Positions 37,701 through 50,859 of a stretch of DNA of 64,000 bases are shown one piece after another. The notes below the pieces were generated by a model, which was given only the letters and a program-made list of their open reading frames with translations, searched no databases and was not told the origin of the DNA. How positions within the stretch are numbered: the first letter of the stretch is position 1; every line of letters begins with the position of its first letter. The stretch covers positions 138,322,001 to 138,386,000 of the forward strand of contig OZ360224.1 in NCBI GenBank assembly GCA_977017645.1, in the 5' to 3' direction. Position numbers and translations under genes: made by a program. Origin of the DNA: Torpedo marmorata. Its lineage: Eukaryota.

Positions 37701-40700
37701 ATTTTTCTCAGTGTTAATGCAGGCCATTTTAATTAATGTGTTCTTGCGGTCTCTTGTTCAGCCACATGTCCATGATAAATGAGGGCTCACTTCCAAAGGC
37801 AATCCTACCATTGGATCTGCCAGGGAAACCTGGCAGTAATAGAAGTATAATCTCTGTAGGTCTATTTTTGCTATTTTAAAAGCTGTTTGTGGCAATGAGG
37901 AGCAGGAGTGTTCCTCCTTACCCCACAAATAGACTATGGGACCCCCTAAAAAAAAACACAGGCTTCCCTTTCCTCATTCATTTGCCTTGTCTCCGTTTTT
38001 ACATGTGTGGGAACTTGCAGTTAAGGGATTTCCCACTCATACCTTCCAGACTCTTCGCCCTGCCAGATATGGACTCCATTGCCCCTAACCTGGTTAAAAT
38101 TCAGATTGTAGTGATGGTGCTCAGTAAGGTAATCACATATGTATTCTCAAGCAACGTTTTTTCTGACAAGTTGGTCAGTTAGTTAAAACACAGGACCATG
38201 ATCTGTTTCTGAGAGTTTTCCCTGTGATTTAAGATTGTTACTCAAGGTATTTCAGAAAAGAAATGTTTACCGTAAGTAAGAACTCCTCATTCTATCATTG
38301 TTTGGATGAAGCAATGAGTTGCATCAACACATTAAACCTGCTCTTTTGTTTCTGCTTACCACCCTTCAAATCTCAATGAAAATTAGAAGATTCTGGAAAA
38401 GTGCAAAAGTTATGTTAATGTGCCATATGTACTGTGTGATTTAAAATTTTGGATCATTTTGACACTGATACATTTTTGTGTAGTTGAATATACACTCATA
38501 AGGGATTAAATTGACCTGAATATTGGATGGCTCATGTGCAAAAATAACACGGGAAAATTAAGAAAAGCTATCAATCAGCCAGTATCCGGCCAGAATACAA
38601 TATATTGTTGAAACATTTTTACTCCATCTTCTTTTGGTTACTGTGTTTCTTTTTCAGCCACTGACATAATAATAAGCACATAAAATTCAGATAAGTCTCT
38701 TAGCATTAAACATGCCCATAAGCCTATTTTATTTTAGAAATCCCAATAACAATTTTCCTCTGCATAGGTCTTCTCCTTTCTCTGGCACCGGGCCAGCTGC
38801 ATTCAAGATAACCGTGTCTACATGCGGCCGAACCAGCAGTCCTTAAAGGGACCGCTGGAGGCCGCCACCATAAAGGTAAGTTTTTGAAAAAAATACTTAC
38901 CTGAATGTGGATCTGGGAGGTGAGGGAGGGCTCCTCCCAGTTCTGCAGCAGTCCTGTAGACCATTGCCAGCTCCCGCTTGGCCCCCCCTCCCCTTCCAGT
39001 CAATTCCTTAGCCTTCCTCATCACTCACCCTGTCTCTCAATCAACTCCTACCCTTCCTTCCCTGTCCCAGGACCTACCTGAAGGCTGCTGTTTGGGCAGC
39101 CAGCTCACCTTTGCTTGTGAACCAGCGAGTTGCCTCTGGACACCCGGTTGGCATCCGCAGCTCGCTGAAGAGACTGAAGTCTCAATGAGGGGTGAGTCAT
39201 GTGACAACTTGTTGCTGGAACCACTCTGTGTTGCCATGAGTAACACCTTATGTATATTTTCTATGTAGTGAAATATGTAGAATAATATGTTTGTTCTGTG
39301 GCCATAAACATGCACATGTATGTGTTATCTTCTCTGTTTAGGTAATGATGGAAGTCAACATCATTAGAAATTGTTCTGCATCATAGTAATGCTGTCTGTA
39401 AACTAAACAAGTAATCAAGTCATCTTATGGCTTGTGGTGAGAAGAGCTTGTGTCTCTGGTCTGAATTGTATTACCTCGAATTATCCAAGATGAATCTCAA
39501 GCAGAGAGTGAATGAGGCTGCAGATGCTGATGTGTTTGATTGGTTTCATACAAGAAAACTAATTTTGCATTGGTCTGCGTGGCCATATTACTGAGTGAAC
39601 AGCTGTTTGATAAACAGTATCATGGCTCAAGATTCTTGTGATTTTCCACAGGATATTCGTAATGCTTTAAGATGTTATCTATTTATATTTATCATATTTT
39701 GCAAATGAGCAGCATGATCTTCAGTATTGGTGTAATGAGGTGTGTAGTCATTGTTAGAGCTGGAATTTATCACTCACTCTGAAGAAACTTTGTCCACTAC
39801 ATCCATTACTCTCGGGGGGTGGGGGGGGGGAAGAGTTGACTTTATATGGTTAAATAGATGAAGAGATAAGCATTTAGAGATTAATCCTGAATTTTTAGAG
39901 CAAAACATTCTAAGACTACTTGATCCTAACATCTCTTTCCAGTATACATACTGGAAAGAAAATAAATGCTGCTATTTTTTTTAAAGAAGCTTTCTAACTT
40001 TTATACAGAGATGGTTTATTTTTAATATCAAATTACTAAAATATATTATCGAGGAGGGATTCTATAATATTTGTCAATATCATTGTCATTTCTTTGTTTC
40101 TGACAAAGTGTGAGATTGGATGAGTAGAAATAAGATAAAACAGAGTGTAGATCAAAGCTTTTGGTCTGAATATATTGAATAGGTAATTTAAATTAGGTGT
40201 TAATCTTAATATATTAAAGATATTGATTATATTTCATGCTGTGGCAAGTGGAAATAATGCTTTAATTTATTTCATTTTAACCAGAATCTGGCCTTCAAGT
40301 TTTGGGTTAGGGATGAAGGTTGGGCTTGAAATAAAGGTAAATTATGATCTCAAGTACAACATATTGAAGGTGTGATTCCATTTAAAATATTACAGTTTTT
40401 AAAGCATAAATGATACTTTTACTTCAACAAAATACATATCAAATAATGGAAAACAAAGGAGATAGCTTGTCAAAATTCTGTGACTTTTTAGTCAAAGATG
40501 AAGTGAAAATCACAATTTTACAGAACTCATAAATTGTAAACAAATTGCAATCCCTCCTGGTCTGCTTGCTATAGACTCCTTTATACTGATTGGCAATTCC
40601 CAGAAACTCTGAACAATGCCACATTAAAAACATCGATAAATTCAAGGCAGAGGCAAATCAATGGTTCCTTTTAGGTGACAAGTGTGAAATTTTTCCACAT

Positions 40701-41304
40701 TTTTAATTGAAGATGAATGTTCTTATTAAATGCTGCAGTAACAAATGCAACCCCGATTACCTCAGGTGTATCTGCAGTCTTGGAAAATATCAGAACACTC
40801 TTATGTGTCACAGAAAGTTTTGAGAAAATTTTCAATTATTGATTTACAAAGCATCTTGTTGTTTTTCAGTTTGTGGGCAAAGTGTGATTTTTTTTTTCCT
40901 GTACAGTCATCAGGCAATTAAAAGAGAGTAAGTAGCAATATATCCTCTAACATCATTATGAACGGCAAATAGGGCCTCTTTAAGCACCTGAATTAGAATT
41001 GGTAAGAAGACTTGGTCAGATTTCATCTCTTAACCAACACCATCAAAACCACACGGTTTCTGATTTTACTTGGGTAACAAAGAACTGTAACTATAACTGA
41101 GAGTCTGCAGAGTGCTATGGAATCTTCTAAACATACGAAAGATGCTAGTACCTTCTAACACCTGACACTCAGTTCAGCTCTGCAGCATCCATTGGTAGGG
41201 TTCCACAGGTGCCAACTTATGCCAGTTTGTTGCTTCTCTCATACTACATATTTGCAGCACAATCCACTCCTCTTGCTTTGTTGGAAAGAACATATAATGC
41301 TCAT

Positions 41305-41554
41305 TGTAATATTACAAAGTTATTCTTTAATTGTTAATAAGCTTGCATTTTCCTCAGGTCACCTGACCTCTCTTCCTCCAATCAGTTTCTAGCTGCTGCC
41401 CACCCCTTTCTTTTAAATTCTAACTGCTGCCGTTAGAATTTGGAATGTGTTGCATGAGCTAAGTAGTTTTTATTTCTCATTTTCAACTGTAACTATACAA
41501 TTAAGTTGAGTAAAGCTTGGAAAGCAGTCACCAAGTCTTCTCATTCTCACAACA
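41305..41554 (+). repeat. 5' LTR (250 bp)
   Basis: tgtaatatt...cacaaca; about 7 differences from the 3' LTR by manual count (~97% identity); CCAAT, TATA-like ttttaaa and AGTAAA motifs. Confidence 0.97.
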
Positions 41555-41578
41555 ATTTACTCAACTTAATTGTCAAGC

Positions 41579-42380
41579 ATGGAGACGGCGTGGAGGCCCA
41601 AGTACTTAGACATCGACCCCAGCTCACCAACAGCTGCCATGGAGTGGCGACACTGGCGTACGATTTTCATGAACTACGTCGACGACTATAGGGACAAGAT
41701 ACCGAACAAGTACAGAACACTATTAGGCTGTGTGAGCTGCAACGTTTTCGAATACATGGAAGGATGTGAAAACTTTGACTCAGCTATCTCTAAGTTGGAC
41801 AGTTTATATGTGAAGACTCCCAATGAGGTTTTTTGCCAGACATTTACTGGCTACCAGGTGGCAGAAGCCAGGAGAATCATTAGATGATTTCTTCAGGGAG
41901 TTGGAAAAGTTAAAGAGAAACTGTAATTTTCGAGATCATAGTGCGGAGCAGTGTGGTAACGAGGCAATGCGTGACGCGTTCATCGCTGGCAATGCCTCAC
42001 CTGCAATACGCCAGCATCTCTTAGAAAACAGAACACTGGACTTACAGACTGCTTATAACCAAGCTACTGTATTAGACGTAGCTCAACGCAATAATGATGC
42101 ATACACTACCCCGGCGGCCCATACAGCTGCAGTGGTGAACTCTTAACCACCACAGGTATCGCAGGTATGTGAGAAGGATTCTTTAGCAGGGCTGCCTGAT
42201 AATCTTCCAGTTGCTCATGAGAAACCAGCTGTGGCTGCCACTTATAATACAAAACGGAAATGTTTCTTCTGTGGTTTCTCTTACCATTCACGGGATAACT
42301 GTCCAGCACACGAGGCTACTTGTAATAAATGTGCCAAGAAGGGACATTATGCCTGGGTGTGCAAATCCAAGGCCTCACCA
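41579..42380 (+). pseudogene. gag: gag, frameshifted, with two CCHC knuckles
   Basis: ATG 41579 METAWRPKYLDIDP; QKPGESLDDF, RDAFIAG; CFFCGFSYHSRDNC and CNKCAKKGHYAWVC. Confidence 0.88.
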
Positions 42381-42399
42381 AGCTCAGTGGCAACAGTGG

Positions 42400-45167
42400 T
42401 CAATTCTCATGTACTGGCTACACTTATTAATGTGCCACACGGACTCGCTCAAGCCACAACCTTTGTGGCTGTGAATGGTATAAGGTTAAGTGCTCTGTTG
42501 GATTCATTAGCGAGAAAGTCACGCGGGAACTAAAACAAAAGGTTCACCCATCCAGTAAAGACATTACTATGGCTCAGAAAACTTTAAACACTAGTTCCTA
42601 AGGATATGTTGTTGTTGACCTAACTCTTAGTCTTAATAGCCAGTCATACGCTGCCACACGACTTGGTGTATTGAAGGACCTATGTTCTGACTTAATACTT
42701 GGCCAGGATTTCCAGCGCCAGCATATGAGTGTGAAATTTGAATACGGAGGACCCTTGTCTGAGCTAACTGTGAATGGTGCTGATCATTACTGTGCACTGA
42801 CAGCAGCAAAAATAGAAGAGCCATCCCTTTTTCCAAACTTATCACCAAGCTGTAAACCAATTGCTACCAAATCAAGATGCTTTAGCAAAGATGATCAGGA
42901 CTTCATTGCAGAGGAAATTCACCAATTACTTTCAGAAGGCATAATTGAGATGTGCATATCACCATGGCGAGCCCAAGTGGTAGTGGTGAAGGATCCTACC
43001 CACCGACACAAGAAGCGAATGTGTGTGGATTATTCACAATCAATCAATACACGGAATTGAATGCTTATCCCTTGCCAAGGATTGACGAAATGGTGAACGA
43101 ACTTGCAAAATACAGTGTGTTCTCACCTTTGACCTGAAAATTGCCTACCACCAAGTGTCACTGAAGGAGTCAGATAAGAAGTATACGGCTTTTGAAGCCA
43201 ATGGACATTTATACCAATTTTGTAGGATTCCATTTGGAGTCACAAATGGGGTAGCCGCTTTCCAGCGAGCTATGGACGTTAGTTAGAGAATAAAAACTGC
43301 AAGGTGCCTTCCCTTACCTTGATAATATCACCATTGCTGGACATACACAAGAGGGACATGATCAAAATGTAAAGAAATTCCTAAAGACCATCAGTCAGAG
43401 GCACCTAACACTTAATGATTCAAAGACTGTGGAGTCTGTGAGTTCCATTAATGTCCTTGGATACTGTGTGGGGAATGGTATCATTAAGCCAGATCCTGAG
43501 AGACTTCGCCCACTACAAGAGCTTCCTCCACCAGAAAATTTGTGATCCTTAAAAAGGGTACTCGGGATGTTTGCTTATTATGCCAAATGGATTCATGGGT
43601 TTTCTAACAAGATTCAACCGATGGTAAATACAGAGAAGTTTCCAATGAGGAAAAGGCCCTGAACACCTTTAACTTACTAAAGAGAGAGTTGGAGGAAGCC
43701 ACCCTGCACTCGGTGGATGAAACCTTACCCTTTGAGGTAGAGTGTGACACATCTGATGTGGCTATTTCTGCTGTCCTTAACCAAGGAGGACGGCCTGTTG
43801 CATTCATGTCAAAGACGCTACAAGGAGGTGAATTGCACTACCACATTGTAGAGAAAGAAGCGACTGCCATCATTGAGGCAGTGCGCAAATGGAGCCACTA
43901 CCTAGCACGGCGCCACTTTAGCTTGGTTACTGATCAGAGGTCAGTGGCCTTTATGTTTGACAGTAAAAAGCGTACAAAGATAAAGAACGCAAAGATTCAA
44001 GAATGGAGGCTGGAACTTGCAGCATTTAGTTACACAATAAAGTACCGTCCTGGGAAAGAGAATGTGGTCCCGGACGCATTTAGTCGGGCGTACACTTGTT
44101 CAGCCTTTACTACCTCCACACTCGCTGATATTCACAATGGACTTTGTCATCCAGGAATAACTCGGCTGCTGCATTTTGTTAGAGCAAAGAATCTCCCCTT
44201 TTCTACAGAAGATGTCAAGAAAACTTGTGCTTTATGCAGGGTCTGTGCTGACCTAAAGCCTCAGTTCTACCACCCACCAGGAGGGACTCTTATCAAAGCA
44301 ACAAAACCTATGGAACGGCTTAGTATTGATTTCAAGGGACCTTTGCCTACAGCTTCACGTAACCCATATCTACGTACAGTAGTTGATGAATACTCGCGTT
44401 TCCCCTTTGCCTTTCCATGTCCCAATATGCATACTACAACAGTGATCAGATGCCTGGATCTGCTATTTAGCCTATGCGGAATGCCAAATTACATACACTC
44501 TGATCGAGACACCACCTTTGTGTCTAAGAATCTGAAAGATTATCTCTCCCAGAAGGGCGTTGCCACAAGTTATACTACCCCATACCACCCAATCGGGAAT
44601 GGACAGGTAGAGAGCTTCAACGGCATCATATGGAATGCAGTCCGTTTGACCCTTAGATCACGTAACCTGCCCGAGAAGCATTGGGAACTGGTACTTCCTG
44701 AGGTACTACACTCCCAAAGATCGCTGTTGTGTACAGAAACAAATACTACACCCCATGAACGTTTTTTTACATTCCAACACCGCTCATCCCATGGAAATTC
44801 ACTGCCCTCCTGGCTAATGACCCCTGGACCCATACTACTAAGAAGGTTTGTGAGGAGTAACAAGAACGAACCACTTGTAGATCAAGTTGAATTCCTTGAC
44901 AGTAATCCAACATATGCAAACATCAGGTACTCAGATGGACGGGAGTCTACTGTGTCTGTTCGTGACTTGGCACCTTGTCCAGAAGCTCAGGCAATCCCCA
45001 CATCTCCTATTGTGGAACAAGATAAAAGAAATCTGGTAGTACCAATACTAGAGGAGGAGGAAGATATGACATGCTGTAGTGTGGAGGATGATGAAACAGT
45101 AGCTCCACAAGAACTAAGGAGATCCGGTCGTGTATCAAAACCTCCCAATCGATATGGATGGGAGTAG
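42400..45167 (+). pseudogene. pol: pol (protease, RT, RNase H, integrase); RNase H-integrase part open over 43689-45167
   Basis: ALLDS, LILGQDF, SPWRAQVVVV, RMCVDY, YPLPRID, RIPFGVTNG, YLDN, VECDTSD, HHCC, SIDFKG / HSDRD / GQVESFN. Confidence 0.95.
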
Positions 45168-45214
45168 TCCCGTAAAGTGTTGCTTGATACTGCTAGTGTT
45201 TTATTTATTTTTTT

Positions 45215-45226
45215 AGGAAGGAAGAA
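45215..45226 (+). other. Polypurine tract
   Basis: aggaaggaagaa immediately before the 3' LTR. Confidence 0.9.
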
Positions 45227-45477
45227 TGTAATATTACAAAGTTATTCTTTAATTGTTAATAAGCTTGCATTCTCCTCAGGTCACCTGACCTCTCTTCCTC
45301 CAATCAGCTTCTAGCTGCTGCCCCGCCCCTTTCTTTTAAATTTTAATTGCTGCCGTTAGAATTTGGAATGTGTTGCATGAGCTAAGTAGTTTTTATTTCT
45401 CATTTTCAACTGTAACTATACAATTAAGTTGAGTAAAGCTTGGAAAGCAGTCACCAAGTCTTTTCATTCTCACAACA
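45227..45477 (+). repeat. 3' LTR (251 bp)
   Basis: Direct repeat of 41305-41554; has GC box ccccgcccc. Confidence 0.97.
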
Positions 45478-45899
45478 CTCACGCACTCCATATTCTGCAG
45501 AGCAGACAGATTCTGATACTAATCAGTGTGCAATGCCCATTTAATGCCAGTCTTCAAAATGAAATTCAGTGATGCAGCTATCGCTAAGCATTGAACCTGT
45601 ATTAAGAACCCAGCATGGAGCAGCAGGAAGGGTCCACTTCATTTAAGTTCCTTGCAATTTGTTTGTGATTAATTTACCAAGTAAAAGTTAGAGTAAGTAG
45701 GGGAGTTGGTCTTTTTCTAGATCTCATGGCAACTTTCGAAGTCCATATAGATTTTGCAGAAGAGAGGATGTGCTAACAACGTTGCTCACAGAATTGGAGT
45801 CTTTGATGTCCAGTCTACCAGCATGCACCATGATGTGAGAATGAGGAGCATGTAATCAGGCAGGGCTGTCTGTCTGAAGAGGGAGAAGAGATCCTCTGC

Positions 45900-46400
45900 T
45901 GGAGAACCTATCCAACAAGGCCATTCACTGAAAACTTCACCCTCTTATACAACAGCGAGAACTAATTGCTTGGCTGACTCCACTTCACAAAGGAGATGCT
46001 GATGGAGCTATGCTTCAAGCCACAGCCATAACTGCACTTGCAAGGTAGGTCCAAGACTTTGTTGTCAGTGACTTTAAAAGTACGGAAGGTCATCAGTTTC
46101 CATACTTGAATCTTGCCATGCTGCTTCTTGGGTTTGCAGCATGCCTTTGCATGAGAAAAGTCACAGAGGGTTTCAGCTGCATGGCAGAGAGAAGGAAGAA
46201 CCTGTGGAATCGCCAAGATTTCTTGCTTTGTAATGGTGCGGTGCCATTGACTGCACTCATGTTGCATGAAAGCCCCCATATTTGAACACTGAAGTACGCT
46301 GTAAACTCTCTGAATGTGCAACTACCCAGTGACCATAACCAGCACAATATGATGGTCACTGCTTAATATCTAGATGGCAGCCACAAACCTCTTACTTTGT
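45900..46400 (-). mobile_element. RTE-clade LINE 5' / endonuclease fragment
   Basis: Minus-strand ARFKYGN / WKLMTFRT-type endonuclease start, heavily decayed. Confidence 0.45.
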
Positions 46401-46599
46401 ACAGTCTGTTTTGTTTCTAGCAATGATCCAACTGGCTTTTTGAGATGTGAGGGCTCTCCTTATCACCAGCTAGATCCTGACCACAGTGTTAAATTATAAC
46501 ATCATTTCTGCACAGAAGAAGACAATCAGAACATGGTGTTTTGACGTTATATTTGTGAAGCAATTCAGTCAGTATCATTTCCTTGACCTTTCCCAAGTG

Positions 46600-48973
46600 C
46601 AGTGGGACCAATATAAACTGGATGTCTAAACCTGGGTAGAGTTGGAATCATTGTCCTTGGGGGATTATTTACTAGTGCTGTTGGTGAGGGTTTAAACTAA
46701 TATGGCAGGGTGATGGAATCCATGCAGAAAGACAGAGGGAAGCAATGCAGGGACCAAAGCAAAAGTTGGAAAAGCGAAAAGTAAGAGTGGAGTACAGAAA
46801 AGTCAAATGCAAAAGACACAAAGACTACTTGATGCTAAAAGGACAATGAGTGTAAGGACACTTTATCTGAATGCCCGTAGTATTCGAAACAATGTCAGTG
46901 AACGAGGCACAAATCACTACAAAGGGGTATGATATGATGGCCATTACTGAAATGTGGTTGCAGGGTGGAGATGATTGGGAATTAAATATCCAAGGGTATC
47001 TGGTAATTTGGAACTCTAGGCAGGAAGGTAAGGGAGGTGGGGTAACGCTCTTAATTGAGGATGAAATCAGAGCGATATTGAGAGACGATATAAGATCTAA
47101 GGAGCAGAATGTTGAATCCATCTGGGTAGAGATTATGAAAAGTAAAGTGAAAAAAATACTGGGAGGAGTTGTCCATAGGCCACCAAATAATAACATTACA
47201 GTAGCACAGGCAACAAACTAAGAAATGTCTGATTCATGTAAGAATGGAACGGCAGTTGTCATGGGGGAACTTTAACACATATAGATTGGGCAAATCAAGT
47301 TGGTTGAGGCAGTCTTGAGAAGGACTTTGTGCAATACATCTGAGATAGCTTTCTTGGATAGCATGTTGCCAAACCTGGTCCTGTGATCTGGTCCTTTGCA
47401 ATAGGGCAGGTAAAATTTACTGATCTTGTAGTTAGAGATTTTCTTGAAAAGAGTGATTATAGTCTGATTGAATTTCTCAAAGATACGGGGAGGATGGGGG
47501 GAGGGGGAGGGGTGCAATAGTTCAATCTAAAGCCACTGTATTATGCCTCAATAAAGGAGACTACAAGGGGTGGAGGGAAAAATTGGCTATCATAGACTGG
47601 GAACAGTTGAGGAACAGTGGAATTGTTCAAAATAAATTTTTCACAATGCTCAACAGAAGTATATTCCAGTTAAAACAACAATAGGTATGGGTAGGATCAG
47701 CTGTGGGCAAGGAAGGAAATAAGGCACATGCGTACAAAGTCACCAAGAGCAGTGGGAAACTGGAAGAATGGGAACATTTTTGAAAGCAACACAGAACCAC
47801 AAAGCAAGCAATAAAGAAAGGGAAGATAGATTATGAAAGTAAACTAGTACAACATATAAAAAAGACATGTCCAACATGCCAAAAAGTACTATGAGGGTTA
47901 CGAAGGGAGGTGAGGATCTCGATACAGTTGCTATCACTAAAGTGGTAGTGGTAGCAAGCCAGTGGGCCTAAAGGTAGATGTCCCCTCGTCCTAATGGAAT
48001 ACATCTCAAGGTACAGAAAGAAATGACAGAAATTATCGTCGTGGTGTTTGTAAAAATGTACTAACATTTTCTGGACTCTGGGCAGGGCCCATCGAATTTG
48101 AAAATAGAGAATGTCACGCCACTGATTTCAGAAGGATGTAGGCAAAAGGGAGGTAACTATCGGCTAGTTAGCTTAATGTCTGCAGTAAGGAAAATGCTTG
48201 AAGCTGTCATTCAGGAAGAAATAAACATCTGGATGGAAGTTGTTCCTCTGGGTAGGCACATCATGAAGGGCAGGTCCTGTTTGACAAATTCTGTATGTAC
48301 AGATGGCAGGTGAAGTGTGAGGTTATCCATAAGGTAGGAAGACAAGAAAAATAAAGTATTTATTTAAAAGTATGAGATTATTGATTGTTGCAATAAAATG
48401 GAATGTTGATCGTTACATAGAATATATAGTATAAAAATGAGGAACCTTTCTGCATTTGTGCAAGATATAGCTGACATCACATTAGGAGTAAAGTTTATAG
48501 TTTTGATAGAAGAAGGATATTATTACCGTAGTGGCAGTACAATGAAGGATTGTGAGATTGAGGAGGAAAGATTGAACAGAATGGACACATGTCCTCTGGA
48601 GCTCTGAAGAATAAAAAGTGATCTCATTGAAATATCTAAGATTCTGAAGTGACGATGGAATAAATGTGAGACTGTTTCACATCTTGGGAAAGTCTAGAAT
48701 CAGGAAGCACCGTCTCAAGATAAGAGATAAACTGTTGAGGGCTGAGACAATGTTTTTTTTTTCTTAGAGAGTTGTTTCTTTGGAATTTTTATCTCTGAGG
48801 TCTACAGTAGAGAAGCCATTCAGAACATTCAAGGCTGCGGTAGATTTTTGGAATTTGGGAAATTGAAAGGTGTTTGAATTAGGCAGGAAATAAAAAAATG
48901 TGATTAACCATTATCCTATTGCATGAATGAGCAGCTTTTTGTGGACCACCACTTCTAATTTGTATTTTCTTAT
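46600..48973 (+). mobile_element. CR1 LINE (ORF1 end, endonuclease, partial RT, 3' tail) with internal deletions
   Basis: YLNARSIRN-like start, YDMMAITEMWL, GGGVTLLI, ESIWVEI, GVVHRPP, NVTPL...GNYRLVSLMS, GRSCLTN. Confidence 0.9.
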
Positions 48974-49589
48974 GAAAGATCTTGGCCAGTACTTCAGTAG
49001 ATTACACCCCATTCTCCTCACACTGCACCACCCCACCAATTCTTTGTTTGGCAGCTTCAGATACATACTATTCAAAACAGTTAACTTCAGTTTTTCACAA
49101 TCAGTCTTCCTACTGTCTCCTCTTTATCAATTCTCACTTGTTTAATTATTTCTACTCTTACCAACTCCACTGGGATTTTGACTGTATCCTCTACTGTAGC
49201 AATGAAGATATAACACACTTATTAAGTAAACAGCATTTCCTCTGCTTTTTTTACACAGGTTAACATTTAGGTGCCAGTCAGCCAAGAAGACTTTTGGTTT
49301 GAATTTTAAACTGGCTGATAGCCTATTCCGATTTATTTTCCTTGTTAATTTCTTTCCTCACTTTCCCTCAAATCTTTATGTAATATGCTTCTCACTTACA
49401 TTAAGATCCTGACTGGTACAATGCACCCACTCTATCATCTACCTCATTTTCATCTCTTTCCCTTGTCATCTGGCTTTGTTAGTCCATCTTTCCTTCTCTT
49501 TTGGAATGTACATCCATTTTGCTGTTGAGCATGATTTTGGGTTTAATCATGAACTGATGGCATTCAGCAGAGTCCATTTCCTCCAGCTC

Positions 49590-49937
49590 AGCAGGGTGAT
49601 CTTATAGACATTTATAAACTCATGAGGGGCATGGATAAAGTGAGTGCTGACAGTGTTTTTCCCAGGGTAGACGATTTTAGAACTGTAGAGCATAGGTTTA
49701 AGGTGAGAGGGGAGAGACTTAAAAAGGTCTTGAGGGGCAACATTTCACTCAGAGGGTGGCCTGTACCTGGAACGAGCTGCCAGTGGAAACTGTAGAAGAG
49801 GGCACAGTTTTGACATTCAAAAGACTTTTGGACATGGTATGGATAGGTTTAGAAGGATAAGGAGCAAATGCAGGCAAATAAGACTTGCCCAGAATGCCAA
49901 CTTGGTCAGCATAGACAAGTTGGGCCAACGAGTCTGT
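49590..49937 (+). mobile_element. CR1 3' end
   Basis: YKLMRGMDKV / FTQRVACTWNELP-type coding and gggcc...ctgttccatgttgta tail. Confidence 0.85.
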
Positions 49938-49969
49938 TCCATGTTGTACGACTGTGACAAATGAAACAT

Positions 49970-50580
49970 ACAGACTGCAGCCACTTACCTTTGTGAATTC
50001 CTTGGTGAACTGCCCCCTGCATGCTCCAATAGCATTCACCTGGTTACTCCAGCATAATTGCTGGGAATCTGTAAGTGGCTTTGGAGGTCAAATTGTAGCA
50101 CCTCTGGGCCAACTCGATCCAACCTTGTACTGCACCGTCTCACTGAGTTGGATGGCCCACAGGCATTTGCAAAATGCTGCCTCAGTGATTGTGGTGAAAT
50201 CCTGGAACACTTAAAGAAGTCAGAAGATTCATGCAACATGTAGACACTGACAATCACTTAGGCAAAATCTCAGCAATAATTATCTGTGGGAGGACAGATT
50301 CTAGAATTGCTGTAATACTCTTTAGATGTCAAGCACTGTAAGTCTGAGCTTCTATTGCAGCACCCTGATATTGGATGACTTCTGCTTGATCTGCATTTGG
50401 AAACTGAGACATTGAACATCAGAAGCTGCAAGTTGGAAGGTCTGCAAGAATAGAAGTGGAATTGACCACCACTTCCACATTGGAAAAGATGAGATTCAAA
50501 CACTGCATAAATATGTGTGCAACATGGGAACTGGACTTCACTTTGTATGTCTGTTTTCTGGCAACTATGCCCAAACATCA
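49970..50580 (-). mobile_element. RTE LINE RT fragment, decayed
   Basis: Minus-strand GVKQG...PTL-like (actcgatcgagttggcccag) and ELRLTVLDI-like remnants. Confidence 0.55.
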
Positions 50581-50859
50581 GATAGTTCTTTTTGCATTGG
50601 CTGTCTTATGAAATAATAAGCTTGCATTCTGTGGAACAAAATTTGTGTTTGTCCTTGCCTTTCAAGGTATCAGTACTGAGATTTCCTTTGCCTTTACCCT
50701 GAGCTTACTGTCCACTTCATCAGCCTAGGTCCCTGCTGATTCAAGAGAAAATTCCACCTGTGTTCAGCTATTATCTTTAGCAAGTTGTTCAGACCTGTGT
50801 AATGATCGGCTCCTGTTCCAACTATAAAGGAACTACAGAGGTCACAAAGAAGTCTTGCA

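Larger units (their letters stand above)
41305..45477 (+). mobile_element. Full-length Ty3/Gypsy LTR retrotransposon (Mag-like gag, no env, no chromodomain), decayed
   Basis: TG...CA LTRs, gag-PR-RT-RH-IN order, PPT, 5-bp TSD ctcat (41300-41304) / ctcac (45478-45482). Confidence 0.97.

Noticed and set aside
38893-38903. ATACTTACCTG as a U1 snRNA gene
   Set aside because: Only the first 11 nt match; the rest is not U1; equivalent to a minus-strand splice donor
43689-45167. Open 492-aa RNase H-integrase frame as a domesticated gene
   Set aside because: No independent ATG, lies in an element with ~97% identical LTRs, and has likely damaging substitutions (HSDRD, VESFN); survival of the frame is compatible with recent insertion
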